A stretch of DNA of 43,548 bases, from contig CACZWA010000001.1 of NCBI GenBank assembly GCA_902784685.1, positions 1 to 43,548 of the forward strand. Direction: 5' to 3'. Below are positions 35,618 through 43,548 of this stretch, piece after piece. The position numbers and the translations under genes are program-made. A model generated the notes under the pieces. It was not told where the DNA came from. It was given only the letters and a program-made list of their open reading frames with translations, and made no database searches. Source of the DNA: an uncultured Ruminococcus sp. Lineage in GTDB: Bacteria > Bacillota > Clostridia > RUG12999. Within the stretch, counting starts at the first letter, position 1. Every line of letters starts with the position of its first letter.

Positions 35618-37048
35618 ATGGAAAGAGACAGATATATTTCGCCGTTTTCAACAAGATACGCGAGCGATGAAATGCAATATATTTTTTCGGAGAATTTTAA
35701 ATTCAAAACATGGCGCAGACTTTGGATTGCGCTTGCAAAAGCCGAAAAAGAGCTGGGGCTTGACATTTCGGACGAGCAGATAGCGGAGCTTGAAGCTCAT
35801 GCGGAGGATATAAATTTTGAGGTTGCCGAGGAGCGGGAGAAGCTTGTGCGGCACGATGTAATGTCGCATGTTTACGCTTACGGCAAGCAATGCCCGAAGG
35901 CGGAAGCGATAATTCATCTGGGAGCGACTTCTTGTTATGTCGGAGATAACACCGATGTTATAATTATGAAAAAAGCGTCGGAAATCATACTTAAAAAAGC
36001 GGCGCAGGTTATAAAAAATCTTAAGGATTTTGCTCTTAAATATAAAGATATGCCTTGCCTTGCATATACGCATCTTCAGCCGGCTCAGCTCACAACCGTG
36101 GGAAAGCGGGCAACGCTTTGGATGTATGAGCTTATTATGGATACAGAGGAGCTCCGGCACAGGCTTGATAATCTTCTTTTGAGAGGCGCAAAAGGAACAA
36201 CAGGAACACAGGCGAGCTTTATGGAGCTTTTTGGCGGTGATGAGGAAAAGGTAAAAAAGCTTGAAAAGATTATTGCCGAAAGTATGGGCTTCAAGGGGAG
36301 TGTTCCGGTTTCCGGTCAGACCTATTCAAGAAAGGTTGACGCTTATTTCTTAAGCACGCTTTCGGGTTTTGCTCAGAGCGCTTATAAATTTTCAAATGAC
36401 TTAAGACTTTTGCAGTCGTTTGAAGAAATGGAAGAGCCGTTTGAGAAAAATCAGATAGGCTCCTCCGCTATGCCTTATAAAAGAAATCCTATGAGAAGTG
36501 AAAGGATTTCGGCACTTGCGAGGTATGTTATTGCGGATTCCGTAAATCCCGCTTTTACGGCTGGTACACAGTGGTTTGAACGCACGCTTGACGATTCGGC
36601 AAATAAGAGAATATCGGTTGCGGAAGCGTTCCTTGCCGTTGACGCGATTTTAAATATCTACATAAATGTCACGGCGGGGCTTGTGGTTTATGACAAAATA
36701 GTTGAAAAAAGGGTTATGGAAAAGCTGCCGTTTATGGCTACGGAAAACATTATGATGGAATCAGTCAAGCGCGGTGGAAACAGACAGGAGCTGCATGAAA
36801 GGCTTCGCACACATTCTCACGCGGCTGCGGCAAAGGTTAAGCTTGAAGGCGGAGCAAATGACCTTATTGAAAGAATCGCCGCAGACGAAGCTTTTCCGCT
36901 TGACCTTGACGAAATAAAGGCGCATCTTGACCCGAAGCTTTATATAGGCAGATGCCCGTCACAGGTTGATGAATTTATAAAAGATGTGGCAGATAAAGTG
37001 CTTGAAAGATATTACAGTGAAGAAATAAAATCGGAACTTAAAGTTTAA
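35618..37048 (+). CDS. purB: Adenylosuccinate lyase (long, eukaryote-like ADSL type)
   Basis: YISPFSTRYASDEMQYIFSENFKFKTWRRLWIALAKAE resembles the human ADSL N-terminus. Also GATSCYVGDN, TQASF and the signature GSSAMPYKRNP. Confidence 0.95.
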   Translation: MERDRYISPFSTRYASDEMQYIFSENFKFKTWRRLWIALAKAEKELGLDISDEQIAELEAHAEDINFEVAEEREKLVRHDVMSHVYAYGKQCPKAEAIIHLGATSCYVGDNTDVIIMKKASEIILKKAAQVIKNLKDFALKYKDMPCLAYTHLQPAQLTTVGKRATLWMYELIMDTEELRHRLDNLLLRGAKGTTGTQASFMELFGGDEEKVKKLEKIIAESMGFKGSVPVSGQTYSRKVDAYFLSTLSGFAQSAYKFSNDLRLLQSFEEMEEPFEKNQIGSSAMPYKRNPMRSERISALARYVIADSVNPAFTAGTQWFERTLDDSANKRISVAEAFLAVDAILNIYINVTAGLVVYDKIVEKRVMEKLPFMATENIMMESVKRGGNRQELHERLRTHSHAAAAKVKLEGGANDLIERIAADEAFPLDLDEIKAHLDPKLYIGRCPSQVDEFIKDVADKVLERYYSEEIKSELKV

Positions 37049-37068
37049 GAGAAAGGAATTTTTGCAAA

Positions 37069-38253
37069 ATGAAAGAATTTGAACTCAAATATGGCTGCAA
37101 TCCAAATCAGAAGCCCGCTAAAATATATATGCGGGAAGGCGGGGAATTGCCGATAGAAATTTTAAACGGAAGGCCAGGTTATATCAATTTTCTTGACGCT
37201 TTTAACAGCTGGCAGCTTGTTAAAGAAATAAAGGCGGCGTTAGGTCAGCCTGCGGCAACTTCGTTTAAGCACGTCAGCCCGACTTCGGCGGCAATAGGTG
37301 TTCCTATGAGCGATGAGCTTAAAAAGGCATGCTTTGTTGATGATATTGAAGGGCTTGACGAAAGCCCCGTTGCGGTAGCCTATGCGAGAGCGAGAGGAAC
37401 AGACCGTATGAGCTCGTACGGCGATTGGGTGGCAATTTCGGATGTATGCGACAAGACTACAGCGCTTCTTATAAAGCGTGAAGTTTCGGACGGAATAATT
37501 GCTCCGGGATATACCGATGAAGCGCTTGAAATTTTAAAATCCAAAAGAAAAGGCACATATAATATCGTGAAAATAAATCCCGATTATGTTCCGGAGGAAA
37601 AAGAAATAAAGCAGGTTTTCGGTATAACCTTTGAACAGGGAAGGAACAACTTTAAAATTGATGAGGAGCTGCTTTCCGAAATTGTTACCGATAATAAAAA
37701 TATGCCGAATGAGGCAAAGCGTGACCTTATAATCGCTCTTATTACGCTTAAATATACGCAGTCAAATTCCGTTTGCTACGCAAAGGACGGACAGGCTATC
37801 GGTGTCGGCGCGGGACAGCAGTCAAGAATACACTGTACAAGGCTTGCGGGAAATAAAGCCGATGTATGGCATTTAAGACAATGCAAAAAGGTACTTGAAC
37901 TTCCGTTTCTCGATACGGTTAAGCGCCCGGACAGAGATAACTGTATTGATGTATATATTACAGATAATCCCGATGAAATTTTGGCGGACGGACAATGGCA
38001 GAAATTTTTTAAAACAAAGCCCGAACCGCTTTCGGAAGAGGAAAAGAAAGCCTATCTTGCGGGCATTTCGGGTGTTGCGCTCGGCTCTGATGCGTTTTTC
38101 CCGTTCGGGGATAACATTGAGCGCGCGAAACGCAGCGGCGTAAGCTATATTGCGGAGCCGGGCGGTTCGATAAGAGATGATAACGTTATTGAAACCTGCA
38201 ATAAATACGGTATTACAATGGCATTTACGCATATGAGATTATTCCATCATTAA
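37069..38253 (+). CDS. purH: AICAR formyltransferase-only PurH (no MGS-like IMP cyclohydrolase domain)
   Basis: 394 aa starting [11 protein letters not shown]. Contains [16 protein letters not shown] and the C-terminal [30 protein letters not shown]. Confidence 0.85.
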   Translation: MKEFELKYGCNPNQKPAKIYMREGGELPIEILNGRPGYINFLDAFNSWQLVKEIKAALGQPAATSFKHVSPTSAAIGVPMSDELKKACFVDDIEGLDESPVAVAYARARGTDRMSSYGDWVAISDVCDKTTALLIKREVSDGIIAPGYTDEALEILKSKRKGTYNIVKINPDYVPEEKEIKQVFGITFEQGRNNFKIDEELLSEIVTDNKNMPNEAKRDLIIALITLKYTQSNSVCYAKDGQAIGVGAGQQSRIHCTRLAGNKADVWHLRQCKKVLELPFLDTVKRPDRDNCIDVYITDNPDEILADGQWQKFFKTKPEPLSEEEKKAYLAGISGVALGSDAFFPFGDNIERAKRSGVSYIAEPGGSIRDDNVIETCNKYGITMAFTHMRLFHH

Positions 38254-38278
38254 AAATAAGAAAGTGAGGAAAAAGAAA

Positions 38279-39514
38279 ATGAATTTTTTTGAAGAACTTA
38301 AAGGCTTCGACAGTGAGGTTTACGCTTCATGTGAGCGTGAGCTTAAAAGACAGCAGCATAATATAGAGCTTATTGCGTCCGAAAACATTGTTTCAAAAGC
38401 GGTGCTTTTGGCGGCGGGAACGGTTTTGACAAACAAATACGCCGAAGGCTATCCGGGCAAAAGATATTACGGCGGCTGCGTATATGTTGACGAGGTTGAG
38501 GAAATCGCGCGAGAGCGCGCAAAGAAGCTTTTCGGAGCAGAGCACGCCAATGTTCAGCCGCACAGCGGCGCAAACGCTAATCTTGCCGTATTTTTTGCGC
38601 TGTTAAATCCGGGAGATACGGTACTCAGTATGAGTCTTGCGCACGGCGGACATCTTTCACACGGCTCGCCCGTTAATATTTCGGGAAAATATTTTAACAT
38701 TGTGCCCTACGGCGTTGCCGATGAAAACGGCAGGATTGATTATGATAAAATGCGTGAAAAAGCACTTGAATGTAAGCCAAAGCTTATTTTAGCAGGTGCC
38801 AGCGCGTATTCGAGAACAATAGATTTCGCGAAATTCCGTGAAGTTGCCGATGAAGTCGGAGCTTACTTTATGGTTGATATGGCGCATATAGCCGGACTTG
38901 TTGCCGCAGGTGTTCATCCAAGTCCTGTTCCGTATGCCGATGTTGTAACGACAACAACGCACAAAACTTTAAGAGGTCCGAGAGGCGGACTTATACTATG
39001 CAAAGAGCAGCTTGCAAAGCAGATTGACAAAGCGGTATTTCCGGGTACGCAGGGAGGACCGCTTATGCATATAATCGCCGCAAAAGCAGTTGCTTTCGGC
39101 GAGGCATTAAAGCCCGAATTTAAGGAATATCAGAAACAGATTGTCAAAAATGCGTCTGTTCTTGCGGAAAGTCTTTTAGAGGAAGGCTTCAATATTGTTT
39201 CCGGCGGAACGGATAATCATCTTATGCTTCTCGATTTAAGACCGTTTGACCTTACGGGAAAAGAAATGGAACATCGCCTTGACGAAGTTCATATAACGGT
39301 AAATAAAAACGCTATACCCAATGACCCGCAAAGCCCGTTTATAACGAGCGGTATAAGAGTCGGAACGCCGGCGGTTACAACAAGGGGCTTTAAGGAGGAA
39401 GAAATGAAAAAAATCGCGGCGTGGATGAAAGCTGTCGCGACAGATTTTGAAGGCAGCAAAGACAGAATAACCGCTGAGGTTATCGCTCTTTGCGACAAAT
39501 ACCCGATTTATTGA
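38279..39514 (+). CDS. glyA: Serine hydroxymethyltransferase
   Basis: [39 protein letters not shown] (PLP lysine), GTQGGP. Confidence 0.97.
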   Translation: MNFFEELKGFDSEVYASCERELKRQQHNIELIASENIVSKAVLLAAGTVLTNKYAEGYPGKRYYGGCVYVDEVEEIARERAKKLFGAEHANVQPHSGANANLAVFFALLNPGDTVLSMSLAHGGHLSHGSPVNISGKYFNIVPYGVADENGRIDYDKMREKALECKPKLILAGASAYSRTIDFAKFREVADEVGAYFMVDMAHIAGLVAAGVHPSPVPYADVVTTTTHKTLRGPRGGLILCKEQLAKQIDKAVFPGTQGGPLMHIIAAKAVAFGEALKPEFKEYQKQIVKNASVLAESLLEEGFNIVSGGTDNHLMLLDLRPFDLTGKEMEHRLDEVHITVNKNAIPNDPQSPFITSGIRVGTPAVTTRGFKEEEMKKIAAWMKAVATDFEGSKDRITAEVIALCDKYPIY

Positions 39515-39542
39515 GGTTTTACTGAAAGGTGTTGTTATAAAA

Positions 39543-40820
39543 TTGAAGGTAATGGTAGTCGGCGGCGGCGGCCGCGAACACGCGATAATTAAGAAGCTTA
39601 AAGAGAATAAAAACATATCGGAAATTTATGCCCTTCCGGGTAACGGCGGCATTGAGGCTGACGCAAAGTGTATAAATATCGGCGCGAAGGATATAGAAAA
39701 AATTGTTTCGTTTGCGGAGGAAGAAAAAATTGATTTTGCCGTTGTCGCGCCCGATGACCCGCTTGTTTTGGGAGCTGTTGACGCGCTTAATGAAAAAGGC
39801 ATAAAGTGCTTCGGGCCGAGGAAAAACGCCGCAATAATTGAAGGCAGCAAGGTTTTCGCGAAAAATCTTATGAAAAAGTATAATATTCCGACTGCGGCAT
39901 ACGAAGTTTTTGAGACAGCTGAAAAAGCGCTTGATTATCTTAAAACAGCACCTGTTCCGACGGTTATCAAGGCGGACGGGCTTGCTCTCGGCAAGGGCGT
40001 TATAATCGCGAATACCCGTGAGGAGGCGTATGCCGCGGTTAAAACAATTATGGAGGATAAGGTTTTCGGCGAGAGCGGCAACAGCATTGTTATTGAGGAG
40101 TTTCTTTCGGGACCGGAGGTTTCCGTGCTTTCGTTTACCGACGGAAAGACCGTAGTGCCTATGGTTTCTTCAATGGACCATAAACGCGCGGGGGACGGCG
40201 ATAAAGGTCTCAATACAGGCGGTATGGGTACTGTTGCGCCAAACCCTTATTATACGGCGGAAATTGCCGATGAATGTATGAAAAAAATTTTTATCCCCAC
40301 AATAAACGCAATGAACAGTGAAGGACGTACATTTAAAGGCTGTCTGTACTTTGGGCTTATGATAACAAAGGACGGACCGAAGGTTATTGAATATAACTGC
40401 CGTTTCGGAGACCCCGAAACGCAGGTTGTTTTGCCGCTTTTAAAGACGGATTTGTTTGAAATTATGCAGGCGGCGGAGAATGAAACGCTTAATAAAATTG
40501 AGATTGAATTTAAAAATGAGAGTGCCTGCTGCGTAGTAATGGCATCTCAAGGTTATCCGCTTAAATATGAAACAGGCTTTGAAATAACGGTTGATGATGG
40601 TTTTGACGCTGAATTGTTTGTTGCGGGAGCAAAGTCGGACAGCGGAAAGCTTAAAACCGCCGGCGGCAGAGTATTGGGCGTGACTGCGGTAGCGGAAAAT
40701 CTTGAAAATGCCGTAAAAAAAGCGTATAATGAAGTTAAAAAGGTACGTTTTGAAAACGCGTTTTACAGAAAAGATATAGGAGAAAAAGCACTCAAAGCTT
40801 TAAAAAAAGAAATGGAGTAA
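39543..40820 (+). CDS. purD: GAR synthetase
   Basis: (M)KVMVVGGGGREHAI from a TTG start, KADGLALGKGV, an ATP-grasp core and GGRVLGVTA. Confidence 0.95.
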   Translation: MKVMVVGGGGREHAIIKKLKENKNISEIYALPGNGGIEADAKCINIGAKDIEKIVSFAEEEKIDFAVVAPDDPLVLGAVDALNEKGIKCFGPRKNAAIIEGSKVFAKNLMKKYNIPTAAYEVFETAEKALDYLKTAPVPTVIKADGLALGKGVIIANTREEAYAAVKTIMEDKVFGESGNSIVIEEFLSGPEVSVLSFTDGKTVVPMVSSMDHKRAGDGDKGLNTGGMGTVAPNPYYTAEIADECMKKIFIPTINAMNSEGRTFKGCLYFGLMITKDGPKVIEYNCRFGDPETQVVLPLLKTDLFEIMQAAENETLNKIEIEFKNESACCVVMASQGYPLKYETGFEITVDDGFDAELFVAGAKSDSGKLKTAGGRVLGVTAVAENLENAVKKAYNEVKKVRFENAFYRKDIGEKALKALKKEME

Positions 40821-40822
40821 AA

Positions 40823-43548
40823 ATGGTTTACAGAGTTTATGTTGAAAAAAAAGAAGGCTGCCGTAATGAGGCAAACGCAATAAAAAAAGATATTACGGCG
40901 CTTTTTGGGTTAAAAGCGCTTACAGATTTTCGCGTAATTAACAGATATGATGTTGAGGGAGTGAGCCGTGAGCTTTTTGATTACGCCGTAAAAACGGTTT
41001 TTTCCGAGCCTCAGACGGACGAAGTGTTCTATTCGCTTGATAAGGCGGACAATATGTTCGCGGCGGAATTTTTGCCGGGACAGTTTGACCAGCGCGCGGA
41101 TTCCGCGGCACAGTGTATTCAGATGATTTCAAAATCGGAGCGTCCGCTTGTAAGAACAGCTAAAATATATGTTGCGGAAGGCTGCGAGGAGGATTTGTCG
41201 GTTATAAAAAAATATCTCATAAACCCTGTTGAATGTCGGGAAGCTTCCTTCGAGCTTCCCGTAACGCTTAAAACAAGCTATGACATTCCGCAGTCGGTAG
41301 CAACTGTTGACGGGTTTATAAAAATGGACAGACCCGCACTTGAAAATCTTATACGTGAAATGGGGCTTGCAATGGATATTGATGATATAGCCTTTTGCAA
41401 GGACTATTTCATAAAAGAAAACAGGAATCCTACCGTTACGGAAATTAAAATGATAGATACATACTGGTCGGACCATTGCCGTCACACAACGTTTTTAACA
41501 ACAATAGACGGAGTGGAATTTGAGGATAAGCTGCTGCAAAGCGCTTATGAGGATTATCTTGAAGTCCGCAGGCAAATAGGCCGCACAAAACCCGTAAACC
41601 TTATGGATATAGCGACCGTTGCGGTTAAATATCTTAAAGAGAACGGTAAGCTTAATCAGCTTGACGAATCGGAGGAAATCAACGCCTGTACGGTAAAGAT
41701 AAAAGTAAATATTGACGGTAAAGATGAAGATTGGCTGCTTCTTTTTAAAAACGAAACTCATAATCACCCGACAGAGATTGAGCCCTTCGGCGGAGCCGCG
41801 ACCTGTATAGGAGGGGCAATACGTGACCCTCTTTCGGGAAGGTCTTACGTGTATGCTGCAATGAGAGTAACGGGTGCGGGAAATCCGCTTAAACCTATGG
41901 AAGAAACTTTACCCGGCAAGCTTCCGCAGAGAAAAATCGTTACAACTGCCGCAAACGGTTACAGCTCATACGGCAACCAGATAGGGCTTGCCACGGGACA
42001 GGTTGATGAAATATATCACGAAGGCTATGTCGCAAAGCGAATGGAAATCGGCGCGGTTATTGCCGCTGCGCCTTCGGAAAATGTAAGGCGTGAACGTCCG
42101 GAGCCGGGAGATGTTGTGGTGCTTCTCGGAGGAAGAACGGGCAGAGACGGCTGCGGCGGTGCGACAGGCTCATCAAAATCGCATACGTTGTCGTCACTTG
42201 AAACCTGCGGAGCGGAAGTGCAGAAGGGTAACGCTCCGGAGGAGCGCAAGCTTCAAAGGCTTTTCCGGGGCGGAGAAGCGTCAAGGCTCATAAAGCGCTG
42301 CAACGATTTTGGCGCGGGCGGTGTTTCTGTTGCTGTGGGCGAGCTTGCCGACGGGCTTAAAATTGACCTTAACGCAGTGCCGAAAAAATATGACGGTCTT
42401 GACGGCACAGAGCTTGCTATAAGCGAATCACAGGAGCGAATGGCAGTTGTTGTCGAAAAAAAAGATTTGGAGCGTTTTAAACAGCTTGCTGAAGAAGAAA
42501 ATCTTGAAGCTACCGTTGTTGCCGAGGTTCAGGAAGAACCGCGGCTTGTTATGAGTTGGAACGGCAAAAATATTGTAGATATATCCCGTGAATTTTTAAA
42601 CTCAAACGGAGCTGAAAAGCATATTAAAATTAAAACGCCGAAAATTAAGAATTTTGACCGTAAGGTCGGTATAGATTTTAAAGAAGAATATAAAAAGCTT
42701 GCGAATGACCTTAATGTTTGTTCAAAAAGAGGGTTATCCGAGCGGTTTGATTCCACAATCGGCAGAGGAACAGTTCTTATGCCTTTCGGTGGAAAATATC
42801 AGCTTACGCCGCCGCAGGCTATGGTACATAAAATTTCCTCCGAAAAAGGTTTTACGGATACCTGCTCGTTTATGGCTTGGGGATACAATCCGTTTATAAC
42901 GGAAAAAAGCCCGTATCACGGAGCGTATCTTGCCGTTGTTGAATCGGTTTCAAAGCTGATTGCAAGCGGGGCGAGCTTTAATGAGGTATATCTTACGTTT
43001 CAGGAATATTTTGAAAAACCGGGTAAAGAGCCGGAGCGCTGGGGTAAACCTATGGCAGCTCTTCTCGGTGCCTTTGAAGCTCAGAAGGATTATGAAATAG
43101 GCGCAATAGGCGGCAAGGATTCGATGAGCGGAAGCTTTGAAAACATAGATGTTCCGCCGACGCTCGTTTCTTTTGCCGTAACAACGGGGAAGGTTTCGGA
43201 GGTAGTATCTCCCGAATTTAAGGGGGCAGGTCATAAGGTTATGTGGTTTAGACCCCAATATGGAAATTTCGGTTTGCCGCTTGCAAAATCCGAAAAAATG
43301 TTGTATAATACTATAAATAATCTCATAAAAGAGGGTAAAGCTCTGGCTGTCAGCACGCCGACATACGGAGGAGTTTCCGAAGCTGTTATGAAAATGTGCT
43401 TTGGAAATATGATAGGCTTTGAATATGAAGAAAAGCTTTCTCTTGAAAATATTTTCGGTTACAGCTACGGCTCGTTTATTGTCGAGCTTTCGGAAAAAGC
43501 GGAGTGTGACGAGGCAAATATGCACTGCGTACCGCTTGGATTTACGAA
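40823..43548 (+). CDS. purL: FGAM synthase, large single-chain type; the 3' end runs off the window
   Basis: Not in the ORF track because it is open-ended. My translation from the ATG at 40823 reads MVYRVYVEKKEGCRNEANAI. In-frame checks further on give ETHNHPTEIEPFGGAATCIGGAIRDPLSGR (about 41750-41840) and NDFGAGGVSVAVGEL (about 42300). GGAG lies 5 nt before the start. Confidence 0.9.
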   Translation, partial: MVYRVYVEKKEGCRNEANAIKKDITALFGLKALTDFRVINRYDVEGVSRELFDYAVKTVFSEPQTDEVFYSLDKADNMFAAEFLPGQFDQRADSAAQCIQMISKSERPLVRTAKIYVAEGCEEDLSVIKKYLINPVECREASFELPVTLKTSYDIPQSVATVDGFIKMDRPALENLIREMGLAMDIDDIAFCKDYFIKENRNPTVTEIKMIDTYWSDHCRHTTFLTTIDGVEFEDKLLQSAYEDYLEVRRQIGRTKPVNLMDIATVAVKYLKENGKLNQLDESEEINACTVKIKVNIDGKDEDWLLLFKNETHNHPTEIEPFGGAATCIGGAIRDPLSGRSYVYAAMRVTGAGNPLKPMEETLPGKLPQRKIVTTAANGYSSYGNQIGLATGQVDEIYHEGYVAKRMEIGAVIAAAPSENVRRERPEPGDVVVLLGGRTGRDGCGGATGSSKSHTLSSLETCGAEVQKGNAPEERKLQRLFRGGEASRLIKRCNDFGAGGVSVAVGELADGLKIDLNAVPKKYDGLDGTELAISESQERMAVVVEKKDLERFKQLAEEENLEATVVAEVQEEPRLVMSWNGKNIVDISREFLNSNGAEKHIKIKTPKIKNFDRKVGIDFKEEYKKLANDLNVCSKRGLSERFDSTIGRGTVLMPFGGKYQLTPPQAMVHKISSEKGFTDTCSFMAWGYNPFITEKSPYHGAYLAVVESVSKLIASGASFNEVYLTFQEYFEKPGKEPERWGKPMAALLGAFEAQKDYEIGAIGGKDSMSGSFENIDVPPTLVSFAVTTGKVSEVVSPEFKGAGHKVMWFRPQYGNFGLPLAKSEKMLYNTINNLIKEGKALAVSTPTYGGVSEAVMKMCFGNMIGFEYEEKLSLENIFGYSYGSFIVELSEKAECDEANMHCVPLGFT

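Overview
This is a 43.5-kb chromosomal segment that looks like a spore-forming Clostridia-type Firmicute. Supporting signs are a large Bacillus-type SRP RNA with an Alu domain, an SLH-anchored surface protein, a PdaA-like cortex deacetylase and a PurO-type IMP cyclohydrolase. Most of the window is housekeeping.

Gene content, left to right:
- A sugar locus: a decayed enolase-superfamily dehydratase, a GH4 glycosidase, an M29-like protein and a divergent AraC regulator.
- A SanA/DUF218 gene and ychF.
- An accessory, repeat-rich stretch (about 6.45-9.6 kb) holding an SLH surface-protein gene.
- TIGR04076 and SGNH hydrolase genes lying directly behind the SRP RNA gene.
- A parE/parC-like type IIA topoisomerase pair, a UgtP-like GT28 glycosyltransferase and a VanW/G5 protein.
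- typA, recD2, a ClpE-type AAA+ unfoldase, pdaA, and glmM-glmS.
- A ZTP-riboswitch-controlled 11-gene purine operon, purE-purC-purF-purM-purN-IMP cyclohydrolase-purB-purH(AICARFT only)-glyA-purD-purL, with purL running off the right edge.

I found no cas genes, integrase, transposase, toxin-antitoxin pair or recognisable defence system.

The most unusual items are:
1. A local family of 36-42-bp repeats with core GGGGACGTGCC. It includes a perfect 42-bp tandem pair and two perfect 36-bp direct copies 2,566 bp apart. The direct copies bracket the SLH gene, a multi-hairpin element and an outward-facing consensus promoter.
2. A PurF homologue that lacks the N-terminal catalytic cysteine and the other glutaminase residues, yet is the only purF in an otherwise complete operon.
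3. Several orphan regulatory-looking structures: a candidate sRNA unit convergent with typA, a hairpin splitting the SD from the start codon of purB, and an SOS-box-like site upstream of the topoisomerase genes.

All functional calls rest on motif recognition by eye from the supplied translations and my own hand translations. No database search was run.
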